DNA of 54,333 nucleotides, the filler included, from Jimgerdemannia flammicorona (taxonomy: Eukaryota): NCBI GenBank assembly GCA_003990765.1. It is 2 parts of 2 records of this genome, joined end to end, with 100 filler letters (N's around TTAATTAATTAA, not from the genome) between each part and the next. Parts side by side here need not be neighbours in the genome. Positions count along the whole stretch, not along the records: positions 1 to 27,132 come from RBNJ01000660.1; positions 27,233 to 54,333 come from RBNJ01000661.1. One strand, given 5' to 3'. Both the position numbers and the translations under genes were made by a program. Shown piece by piece: positions 25,406 through 36,250 of this stretch. The number at the start of each line of letters is the position of its first letter. Positions within the stretch are counted from its first letter, which is position 1. Below the pieces are notes generated by a model. That model saw only the letters and a program-made list of their open reading frames with translations, made no database searches and was not told the origin of the DNA.

Positions 25406-25903
25406 ACCTATAAATAGTCTAGCAGTCATAGTATAGATAGATTAGCCTTGTACGACGTGACTGTGAACTGACTCAGCAGTCAGGCGATCTCTTGACATGT
25501 CAGATCACACTTGTACTATGTGACTGCATTCCGACTCAGCAAGGCACTTAGTGCTACATCCATATCTAGCATAGTCCAGATAGTCCCTCACTAGTATAAA
25601 TACCCCCTCCCCCAGACCTCAGAATCTCAGACTTGAACAGACAAGAACATTCCTGAATACTTCCCCACAATACCCCTTTATACAAATACTCCTAGTATAG
25701 CAATATTATGAATAGCAAATAAACCTATTCCATAACCCACAAACCACTCTTAAGTAAATCCGCTCTCTGTTAGGTCCTACTCCTAACCCCATCATGAAAT
25801 TTCCTAATTGGATATTGTCTGCAGCGATACACCAATTCAACTAAGCTGGTCTTAGTTTCTTGAACTTCCTGAAATACGGAAAATCCTGAACATCTAGAAC
25901 TAG

Positions 25904-27132
25904 TCTGAAAAAGGACTTTGGTTGAGACGTCAACCCGATCTTGAAATCAATAAGCGTAGAGGACGTACTCTATATGAAATTGATCTTGACCATAAGAAAA
26001 CAGTCTTCCAGAATATCCAGAACTTCCAGAAAACCCTTCTAGAACTACGTAACGGTCACTCTAAAAAGTAACCCTCTTACAACTTGGTAGCAGTGGTTTA
26101 CAATCCAATTCCACTTCAAGACGCTTCCTCACCCTACAACAAACCCCTCTGAGAATTCCTACAAGTTGGTATAAAGCCCAACCTCTGAACTGGAATTTAT
26201 CCTGAACCATCTGACAATCTGGAGAGAATTGAACCTGACGTACAAGGACAATTTGACCTCCACACCTGCAACAAGTGGGATAAACTTCATTCAAAGAAAG
26301 AAGTACTCAAGTTAAACCAGCAAATAGGCGAAACCCTATTCACCGAACTCCTTGCACTACACCCAGCAAGTCAAGACGAAGAAGGTCTTATTGAAGCCTT
26401 CTTTACTCTTCTCAACAAGAGTTTTGTCAGCTCCACAAATCCGAGCGACCTAGGACAACCAGCAGCAGTCTTTCTAGCCTTAGTTCCTCACGAAGCCCAA
26501 GCCTCTGTAGCCAAGTGGCTCAACTCTACCGACTATCACCGTACCAGGACCAAGACTGCCTTATACTACCGATTCCAGAACAGCAAGGCCCGCCATATTC
26601 TTAAGGAAGAAGCAAGAGAAGCCCTTCATCAACTACCTGACCCTGAACCAGAAGCAGGCCCTGCCACTGCCCTACCTGAATCTGAAACCAATACCGAACC
26701 AGAACTTGACTTTGAATTAAGTCCATCTGAAATCAGATATACAACTGATTCCGTCTACTTTGACGCCGAGCAAACCCAATTACACGGGGACCAAACCGAA
26801 GAGGAGGAGGAGTATCTCAGTGAATTCGATCCCGGATACACCACCGAAGGAGACGCACCTCCATCAGGCCAGAACACACCGACACAGCAACAAACAGCTA
26901 TTTATCAAGCCCTCACTCCAGACCCACAGCTATTACTCCAGCAACTTACACAGACTCAAAGAACACCCTCACACTCTGCACCAGTACCTCAAGTAGTACC
27001 AGTAACACCACTACCAGTAGTCCAACCGCCTCCAGTAAACAACATGGCGAACCAACAGATTCTAGACCTCACCGCCCAAGTGGCTATAATGGCAGCAACC
27101 ATTACTGCTTTAGCCGAACAGACCCGACCTAC
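25904..27132 (+). pseudogene. Long reading frame starting inside the LTR and leading into probable gag
   Basis: About 409 codons with only three stops (26069, 26150, 26186). First ATG at 27044 (MANQQILDLTAQV). Confidence 0.65.
26085..26093 (+). promoter_or_regulatory. Primer-binding site, initiator tRNA-Met type
   Basis: TGGTAGCAG 3 nt after the LTR end, matching the complement of the eukaryotic tRNAi-Met 3' end. Confidence 0.7.
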
Positions 27133-27231
27133 NNNNNNNNNNNNNNNNNNNNNNNNNNNNNNNNNNNNNNNNNNNNTTAATTAATTAANNNNNNNNNNNN
27201 NNNNNNNNNNNNNNNNNNNNNNNNNNNNNNN
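27133..27231. other. Assembly gap / artificial contig linker
   Basis: N run with an embedded TTAATTAATTAA (27177-27188), which gives stops in all six frames. Confidence 0.95.
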
Positions 27232-28588
27232 NTTTTTTTTGGAGGCTGTACCACCAGCAATACACTAGACTTGATCCAAACAACTTATATCTACAACCAT
27301 CTACAATTTTCCTCCTTCGTTTTTTATTCCCATCCGGACCTTTCGCGAGAGCGCCTCAATCAACCGGACACTCTATCTTACTAATTCCCCAATCCGGGCT
27401 CCCCGGATTTTCTTGTACGACCACTCCGCTCACATCCGGACGGGGGCCTGGGGCCCAGGAAGAGACTTGCATGTAAAAAAAATAAACAAAAAGTTGATGT
27501 CTTTTCCCGGCAAGGGATATCTTGGCAAGCGCTACTCTTTGCCTATGCCAAGGATTGGCTAGCCTTCGTGCCAAGAAGATTGCCTTTTTGACATTTATAT
27601 ACGTACGGGGTGAGTGTATTGGAGATATATAACAAAGTTCGTGAATGCGCTGCAGCCTGTCAACAGTCGGGCTTGGGATCATCGGCTAAACTCGGCGGTG
27701 TAGAGGCACGTGCTCAGAAATCGACAAGCGAAATCCTTGTGTAACCCTACCATTAGCCATTAACGGAAGTCTGCTACGCGCTTAATAATTAAGCACGTAG
27801 AAGCTCCCAGTGGACTTCTTCCGCAAGGATTACTTAGAGGAAGCTTACATATCATAGTGGAATTATCTAGTAAATGGCAAGAACATGTATAAATAAGAAG
27901 AGGTTGGGGATGACAATAAAGCAGTTCTGAAATCTTGAATAAGTAAGCGCATATTGCCAAGGATCGGATATCCAAGGAATATCACATACAACAGGTCGCT
28001 TTTCAGGCTCCCCTGGTGGCCTTCAGACACGTTTCTTAGTAAGATCCTTAGCATACATCCCCAACAAATTCCTTCTATTAACCGCTCATATCCACGCCCT
28101 CTTTATAATCATTTTCCTATTGATAATTTTTGTGCAACCTTCACAGGCAGCCCTACCACGTGGCAGGGACGCCAAGACAGCGCCTTCGGAGATGTCCAAA
28201 CCTTCGACTCAGTGTCCGCGCCGACCACGTAGCGCAAATCTCCGTCACTTTTTCTGGAGTAATTCCGAAATTTGGAAGGCGAACTTAGTGCCTTTTTCCC
28301 ATTTGCCATTTGGGCCCACTCGCTTGGGGCCGTGAAAAATATGCCCGCCAAGCTGACGTCACGCTCCGTCAGGTCCTTTGTTGACGCCCGGATGGCTTGA
28401 GTCGGACTTTGATAGACAGCATTGGCCATTGCTAGTCAGCACCATCACCAAAGATAAACTGGTGCTCCTTTGCAGAGGCAGCCCCATCAGGTAGAGCCTG
28501 GCAAACTCACAGGTGCATTATGCTATTATATAAGGTAAAAAGATGTTAAGGATGTGAGTTTGAGAGTATGGTGAGAACATTGTCAAAC

Positions 28589-29133
28589 CTATTTATAAAT
28601 AAATACATCTTCCAACAAAGCTTGAAGAAAGATCCTGTGGGCCCCATTCACATCTCTGTCAATGTTGAGGCTACACCTCTTGCAATGGAAGATCTTTTTT
28701 CCTTTAAGCTTCTGATTTATCTACTCACACTAGCTATATGTCTTACTTGTGTATACCTCTGATATGAAGCAAACATGTTTCCCAAACTCTTCTGCCTTTG
28801 ATACCAGCCTCTCTCTAAACCTTGTATGTGCTCATATCATTATCTTGCATACTGTCCTACTGCTGATCTTCCAGTATCTAGTCTTTCTCTCCATCTTACT
28901 GCTATTGAATCTGAGGATAATAATGATATCAAATATCTGGACCAGTCACAGTGCAGCCTTCTTGTGAACTCAGATTGTGGATGCAGAATCACAATCTCAT
29001 CTATCTGTATCTTATAGAGTTATACTTTCTAGTAGATATCCTATACAAGAGATAAGATTATTAAGAGTAAGATATAAGTGAACTAGTTTCTGAGTATCTT
29101 TGATATCTATCTTATCACAGCTATGTATTAGAG
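28589..29133 (-). pseudogene. Fanzor2/TnpB-family RNA-guided nuclease relic (C-terminal half)
   Basis: VHKKAAL*LVQIFDIIIILRFNSSKM...TVCKIMI*AHTRFRERLVSKAEEFGKHVCFISEVYTSKTYS*CE*INQKLKGKKIFHCKRCSLNIDRDVNGAHRIFLQAL: RuvC-II, zinc ribbon and DRDxNGA RuvC-III motifs. Confidence 0.9.
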
Positions 29134-29445
29134 TAGTGCTCTCAATGAATTGAATCAAAGGTCCTATTTAATTTGAGATTTGATTCAAACCCTATTTTTC
29201 AAAATATAATAACTCAATGAAAACATGTTCAAATTTAATAATCTTTAGCTTATTAGATTTCTCTATATAAGAGAAATCCAATAAGCTAAAGATCATTAAT
29301 TTTGGACATATTTTTATCAAGTTATTATATTTCAAAAATAGAATTCAAATTAGATCTTTAATTTGATTTTATTCAAACTTGATTTGAATTGAAAAAACTT
29401 CAATTTAATTTAATTTGAATTAATTCAATTTATTTGAAAGTACTA
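29134..29445. mobile_element. MITE / foldback element
   Basis: Imperfect TIRs (tagtgctctcaatgaattgaat and attcaatttatttgaaagtacta) and an internal hairpin of about 170 bp centred near 29267. No target duplication seen. Confidence 0.75.
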
Positions 29446-29699
29446 GTTTGAGAGTTATAGTTATAGTTTTGATTTATTATAGTTCTTTGTTTTGATATAC
29501 TATATGTTTAGTATATATGCTTTTGGTCCTAATTGATAAGGTTCTATTTTCATATATCTTATATTCTATAACTTTGAGTTTTCTTAGCTTCATAATCTAT
29601 AACTTCAGTTTGACTTAGCTTTATAATCTTATATATAGTTTTCAGATTTGTTCTAAGAATAATGTATAATTTTAATAGCTTAGAAATTATATACTTACA
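29446..29699 (-). repeat. Hypermutated fragment of a family B LTR (first ~250 bp), preceded by a purine tract
   Basis: The reverse complement aligns to 24020-24298 with mostly C>T/G>A changes. AAAAAGAAAGAAG lies just upstream on the minus strand, suggesting a 3' LTR. Confidence 0.8.
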
Positions 29700-29866
29700 A
29701 CTTCTTTCTTTTTAGTTTTCAATATTCTTGTCAAGTTTTTCTAATTTGATCTAGTATTGTTATACTATTTGGATGGTTAAAAGTCTAGTAATGTCCTTTT
29801 TTCTCAGAAAGTAGTATGTTTATAGTAATATATTAAATTTATATATTAAAGAGTTATAAGTTCACT

Positions 29867-31026
29867 CCTTTCTCCGCTACCTTACCGGTCACAAGGTTTG
29901 GTAGGCGATCTTCTGAGTCTCCTTTCCCCTAATATTACCCCCTCTACCTCGGGTTGATTTGCTGTGCCTGCAGGGGCATAGTGGGAGGAGGGCGATGGTG
30001 ATGAGTTGCCCCTTTATCGGTGTCGGATCGGTGCTTCCTCCACTTTTTTGCAGATTCTGGTGCCTTCAGCTGTATCTGGGGTGTGCCCATTTTGGTGCGG
30101 CATCTTCTTTCTTTTGCCGTCGCCAACAAGGAGTTGTCTCGGTGTATCTCGGGCTATATAGGGAGTTGGCCGACCTTGGGCATCAAATACTCAGTATAGG
30201 TTACCTGCAGGTCCTCGGTGCCTATGGTGGGGCCCTCTGGCTTTGGCGAGCTTCCCGGCGAGCATGGTTCTGGTATAGGTGACTACTTTTCGGGTGTTGT
30301 CGGGATGGGAGGGGAGATGGCCATCACAGATAGGCGAAAGGGCGATTATAGTGAACCAGTAGGGTGCCAGGCTGGGGGCGGTCATCAGGGCTGGGGCAGG
30401 TGCTGCTTCGGTGGGGCCTTTTGATTGGTGCGGCATGGTTAGGTGATAGGTGTCACTCTTGGCTTCTTTTGGTGGGTAGTGGGGTGAGGCCCCAGTCATC
30501 AGAGGGAGTCGACGGGCCTGAGGCTACCCATTTCAGGCATCTTGGCTGCACTCAACTGGAACCAGGAGCTGACACGGCAACGTGATCGAGGCCCGCAGAC
30601 TTGAGTAGTGGGGTATTGGGGGTTTCCTCCCACCTCATGTGTAAGTCCTTTACTCATCTCAACTGGGAAAACCAGGCCCTACCCACCGTATTGTACTTTG
30701 ATGAGGGTTTTTTCTTTGCCTGTCATTCTCTTTGGGGTGGTAGGGGCTATTCTATTCGGCTCAGGTGTGACCTTGTACATACGTTGGGTTCTCGGGCATG
30801 CGCTTTCGGTCGTTGGCATATGGTTGGGTTTCCCCTGGTGGTAGGGAGAGTATGATGCACAGAATGAGGTGTGGGCTTATTAGCCCTGCTGCGCCTGGCA
30901 TGGTCGAGCTGCTGGACAATAGCTAGCCTAGGTTTATGGGGGGGCAGTGCTTAGTGGGTGGTGGGGGAGGGTTTTGGCCTATATAGTCTAGGTTCCCTTC
31001 CAATAAAAATCTGCAGGACATGAGTC

Positions 31027-31096
<70 letters not shown>
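29867..31096 (+). mobile_element. Non-autonomous poly(A)-tailed retroposon, copy 2
   Basis: Colinear with 10144-11326 over its whole length. Has AATAAA and a ~67-nt A tail. Confidence 0.88.
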
Positions 31097-31098
<2 letters not shown>

Positions 31099-32862
31099 AA
31101 TCACTATTCTGAATAGAAATCTTTCAACAATAGTAAGGCAGATTGTTTTAGAATATATATATACTATCTCTCTATTAATGAATATCATCATAATGATATA
31201 TTTATAGTTTAGACTAACTGTTATAGGTAATGATATGTACTATATAATTACTATATTTAATGAGATCAGTATCATATCTATATATCAGAATCTTGAATAT
31301 ATTAAGATTATTATATTATATAACTGAAATAATTATATAATCAATTTCTTCTTATATATATAGTCTCAAATATTTTATAGATTATCTGAATTATCTCATA
31401 GTATCTTCTATCTACTGCTAGCTACAGTACTGTTTGAGTTTACTGATCTCTAATTTCTATATCAGTACTAAATATAGTATAGAGTATTCTTACAATCTTG
31501 AGATAATTGCTCTTTACTATAATATATAATAGTGATATTTTATTATATTCTTGTTAATTGATATTAGCCTTGATATCTATAACTAAAATCTTATGAAGCA
31601 ATATCTATCTATTATTATATATAACAACTCTACTAGTTATATATTCTCTAAAAATTATTAGGAGGTTTAATTATTACTAAACCAGTATCTCAATAAGATA
31701 TAAGAGTGTTTTAATCATGGTATCAATTGCATATTCACTTTTATCAATAATTGTCAGCTTAGTGACATCATGCATCTCTTACAGCTACTAGTCAGATTGA
31801 TTAATCACAATATCTGAGAGAGTGGTAGTATTCTGCAAGCAGACATCAGTTACAGATATGCTATCATTATTAACTGATATCTCTGCAACTGGTTCTGACA
31901 TCTCTTACTACTGCTGATCAGGCCAATGAATCCAATAATTCCAATCATTCATAGTGTCAGGAGGTCCATGAGAGAGACCTAATAAATAGGAGGCCACTAT
32001 ACAGCTAAAACAAACGTCTCCCCTCTGGGCCCTCAACTTAGTGGGGTAAATGCTGGTGCTGTATTCTTTGGTCACCTATGTAGGTTTCTGAAATACTGTT
32101 CTTGCATTTAAGTTTTTTTTTTTTTAAAAAAAAAAAAATTGAATCGCACAACGAGCAACAAAGATTTGTGTCCAAGCCAGTTGGGTTTGCAAAAGGAATA
32201 TATTAATTTGGTTTCAAGGAATGCGAAGGGATACAATGTGCAGTTCCAAAAATACTCTAGTCATAAACAACAGCACAGTACAATATCTCACCTGTGCCAT
32301 AAAAAAATAATAGGCTGCAACGTTCCAAATGGTTGATGCCGAAGCGAGATTCCGATGCGTACGGTATGCTTCAGCGGCGCACAAGGCAACAGAACCATCG
32401 ATATTTACAGGCATCCAACTTGACATCTACGCGAAAACTGAGAGATATTTTGAGAGGTTTGGAGATAACCTCGAGGCTACTGATAACCATACGACGCCAG
32501 AATTGACAGAAAGACCTGATCTACGTCTGATTTCTCCGTTGATATGATTGTTTCAAAAATTCTTGCAACCTGAGAACAAAACAAACCTCTCACTGCGGAT
32601 CCTCAAAAAAAACATAATATTGGAAAATAGACTGGCCTTCAGTAAGATTGTGAAAAATGATTTTACACTCTAGCCTTCGGGAACCCCTACGAAATTGTAC
32701 TTTGAAATTGCACTATCAAGAAATTGGTCGAGGATGGGTCATAAGCTCAGACAGAGATCATTTCTGATTTTTTTATTTGCTTGAATTTCGTTAAGCAGAT
32801 GTTTAAGTGATTTTTACAAGCATGTAAACAGGTACAACTACCATAGACTACAACTTGCAAAA

Positions 32863-33560
32863 TTAAACATGAGCTTGCCCACGGTCCTCATCAATGCTTA
32901 TCGTAATACCCCTCTCACTGGTGAAGTCAACCCAACCTTCTTTCTCACCCTCGTATCCACCAAGACCCAACCACTTCCCGAATGGCCATTGCTTTTTCTG
33001 CAGCAGACCGGCAAATTTGTCCGCCAAAGCCAACCACGCCCAAAAATACTCAACGATCACTTTGCCTGTTTTGCATCCAACCATGACTTTCGATGCGTTC
33101 CACCCGTCGAGATATCCAATCTGGATGACCTTCTCATCGTCGTAGCTGTAGAGACTGTTCTTGAGATCTCTTGGAACGAGTTGTGCGGGCGTCAACGGTT
33201 TTAGGTCAGCGCCCACTCCCAGGATGAGGTTGAAGCCATCCGCAATGCGGATCGCTCGCCCACGATTCGTCTGGACGATCTTTGCAAGATCTTGTTGAGG
33301 AGTGTGCGCGAGTTCTTCAAGGAGTTTCTTGGATAAGGAGTGGTCGAGTGGCGGCGGTGGCTTGAATACTTTGCTGTAATCTCTTAAGTCTCTTAGAACT
33401 TCGGGGGGAGGTTTGTTGGGGTCATGCCAGCGCCTATTTTGAGAATGCACGTATTCAATGGAGCACACCATTCTGTAACTCTGAGGATAGTATCAAACTA
33501 GTAACAATATTCTTACCCGAAAGCAGAATCACATTTATCTTCTTCAGGAGGTTGGTTCAT
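32863..33560 (-). CDS. Hypothetical protein with US22/SUKH-like C-terminal pattern
   Basis: Intact 202-aa ORF 32863-33471 in CpG-retaining DNA. A probable upstream exon (ATG 33560, short GTAAG...ACAG intron) joins in frame. Pattern VIQIGYL...VMVGCKTGKV...LALADKFAGLL. Confidence 0.6.
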
Positions 33561-35230
33561 CGTAGTGTCACTCTTGTTTGAAGTCTGGAAAGTGTTTGAT
33601 ATGTTTAAGAAGTCTGGAAACGTTTAAGAGGTCTGGAAAGTTTTTGATACGTTTCGTCATCGCACGTGTCCCATTCGTCATCGCATACGTATGTCTAATT
33701 TTCAACGGAAAACGTCGCTTGCACCATTACACTTTAATCCACAATGGCGTTAATACCCTTGCTCAATAACATTACCCAACAATTGCGGGGTCCAGTGGAT
33801 CTATCGCTTTTACAACAACTGAGGACCGACATCCGGATTTCCACTGTCCATGCTGTAAGTATCAATATCAATACTTTGATGACTATGGATTAAGCTGAAT
33901 AATGTCACTTTTACAGTTTTTCTCCTACTTTGAGTCAGAGGCGTCTACACCTGCGGAGGGAAATGCTGTAGCTGCATTTCTGCAAAATGTGTCCTGTTAT
34001 AAAGCCCATAGCTTTGGTCCACAAGCGAGAATCCTAAATAACACAACCTCATCAGGATATGCCGAAATCGCAGCTCGAGCGGTATGTAATGGAACTTAAT
34101 GAAACAATGGATCAATTGCCAACTAACGTTGACAAAATCTTGGATATTTCGCCTTCCAGATAACCGCGCATATTAGCACTCTCAACCCGGTGCCTTCTAC
34201 AGACAAAATCTTGTTGATGATGACCCGATTTCTAGACTACTTCTACGTGTCTGGCACACATGCTGGCCTCCTGCCTTTGCGGTCGTTAAATCCCCGTCTT
34301 ACTACTCCGAACCCAACCCTCCCGTCCCTTCGTGAATAATAAATTGGATGAATATATGTTTGTGTATTGGGCGAATGCGTGCATGAGGAAAGTTCTGTCT
34401 CGAATGCGTTGCATCGGTCAGTTCGAAGAACCCGACATGAAAAGGTGTACAAGAGGGAGGTGGGTGGGAGTGAAAACTGTATGGTAGCGATTAAGCGGGA
34501 TGGGAAGTGGTCAGGATGTTGGTGAACAATAATTGCATAATTGCTAATTATAAATGCATATTGCCTAATCGAGTAATACACGTCTTTAACGCGCTATCCC
34601 TTCGGGATCCCTTCATTAAATCCCCGTCTTACTACTCCGAACCCAACCCTCCCATCCCTTCGTGAATAATAAATTGGATGAATATATGTTTGTGTATTGG
34701 GCGAATGCGTGCATGAGGAAAGTTCTGTCTCGAATGCATTGCATCGGTCAGTTCGAAGAACCCGGCCCAAAGAAATTAGATGAGCTTACATCGTGGTCGT
34801 AGGGCCTACACAGAGCGTGGTCATTAGGATCTGCATTATGTTAATGCGATTTGTCCGTGGTCTAAGGCCCTGCCCGAGTAAGGAGAGATAGCCTGCCCAT
34901 GGTCTTCAAATCCTACACTACCCGCAATCTTGAGACTTAGCATTAGAGCGCATGTCCTATCCGGGTCTTTGTGATCTTAGGATTCTGCGTCATGGGGGCA
35001 AGTGAGCCAACCATGGTCTTCAAATCCTGCACTACCGCAGTCATAGGACTCGGGTCGTTGTGGTCTTAGGATTCTGCGTCATGGGGCGTACCAAACCATG
35101 GTCGTGGAAACTTCACTGCCTCACAATCTTGGGACTCGGCGCAAAAGCGGGTCCTATGTGGGTGCTCGTGGTGAAGAGTTCTACATGGATGGCCGATAAA
35201 GGTTGGATGTGACGGCGGTGATTTGTATGA

Positions 35231-36250
35231 TCACGTAGCATATCTGGCCATATTATGAGAGGCCAGAATCGTCGTCAAGGAGAGGATGCGAGAGATGGGC
35301 ATCCGAATGTATAGTCGATAGGCGTCACTACGCCACCGCCCAAGAATTTGAATCTCGTAGTCCGAGAACCCAGCCTCGGTGGCATCAGAAGCGGCCCCGA
35401 TGCGAAAGCTGTGTCTGGCAAAGGCAGATGCTTCCAACCCAACAGCCGTAAGAAGGGGCCATAGGCCCGAAAGGAGCCATGCTCGAGAGAATGGAGCGTT
35501 GTTGGCCCGGCGGAAAAGTGGCGAGTCGGGAGGGGCCGGAAAGGAGTAGAAGAGGGCTTGGAGAAGGAGGACGGCACATGGGGCGCCGACTGGTGTGCGA
35601 GCGATATAGAGAGTAGTGCCCTTGCGGAAAGGGTCTGTCTTGGAGGAGGGGATGGTCAACGTAATGTAGGCGGGGTTATATGCCGAAGGTATAAACTGTA
35701 TGGCAGAATGGGAGAGGTTGACAGTAGGGTCAAATGCTGCCGGTCCCCATGTGAATTCACCAGAACGAAGGAATCTGAAATATGCGAGTGTAATGGCCGC
35801 CGCGAAATTGAGGTGGTTTTCAGTAGAAAGGTCCAAGAGGGGAAGAATTCGTGATAAGATAGAGATAGAGATGGGAAGGCGTGGTCATGGGGTTGACTCC
35901 CCGACCCAACGCTTGATGCCCCGAAGGATCCGTGGAAGCTGAAGCAAGTCTTTTAAAGGGTCTGGAAGGCCGGCATCGATGTGGAGCGAGCGAATGGCAG
36001 ATAGGTATGATTTGATGGTGGCCAGGCATAGGCGTTGTAGGGCCAGAGCACATACCCACTGAATCAGATGTCGTTCGGGAGCTGGTAGAATGGAACTGTC
36101 CTGGTTGCGGAGGTTGTTGATGGTGCAGAATTTGAGGAAACTTCATTGGCTGGTCGAATATAATTGGCATGTAGAGTCTGCCAGGCTGAACCATAGGAAG
36201 AATGCAGCGAGGGGCAGAAGACCATGGGGGTAGGAAGAGAGCCCGGCATT
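35231..36250 (-). pseudogene. Tyrosine recombinase of the Ngaro element
   Basis: Catalytic motifs FLRSGEF, SKTDPFRKG, HSFRIGAA and GRWRSDAYRLY. The N-terminal part is frameshifted. Confidence 0.92.

Larger units (their letters stand above)
24020..27132 (+). mobile_element. Family B LTR retrotransposon, 5' part (2062-bp LTR 24020-26081, PBS, start of internal region), cut by the assembly gap
   Basis: Ends match the solo LTR at 19469-20974. TATAAATACCCC at about 25595. The LTR is followed by ACT-TGGTAGCAG. Confidence 0.88.

Noticed and set aside
27133..27231. TTAATTAATTAA as a biological motif, and physical linkage across the gap
   Set aside because: It is an artificial linker; the two sides may not be adjacent in the genome.
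27232..28430. ORFs 27356-27682 and 28109-28429
   Set aside because: CpG-retaining unique-looking DNA, but no identifiable product or exon chain.
29880..30901. Antisense ORF in the poly(A) retroposon behind a TATA-like box
   Set aside because: Several stops are shared at identical positions in both copies, and no frame gives a recognisable protein.
29845..31110. Target-site duplication for retroposon copy 2
   Set aside because: Only TCACT is shared between the flanks, which is insufficient.
32329..32547. 72-aa ORF
   Set aside because: Short, with no motif and no supporting splice structure.
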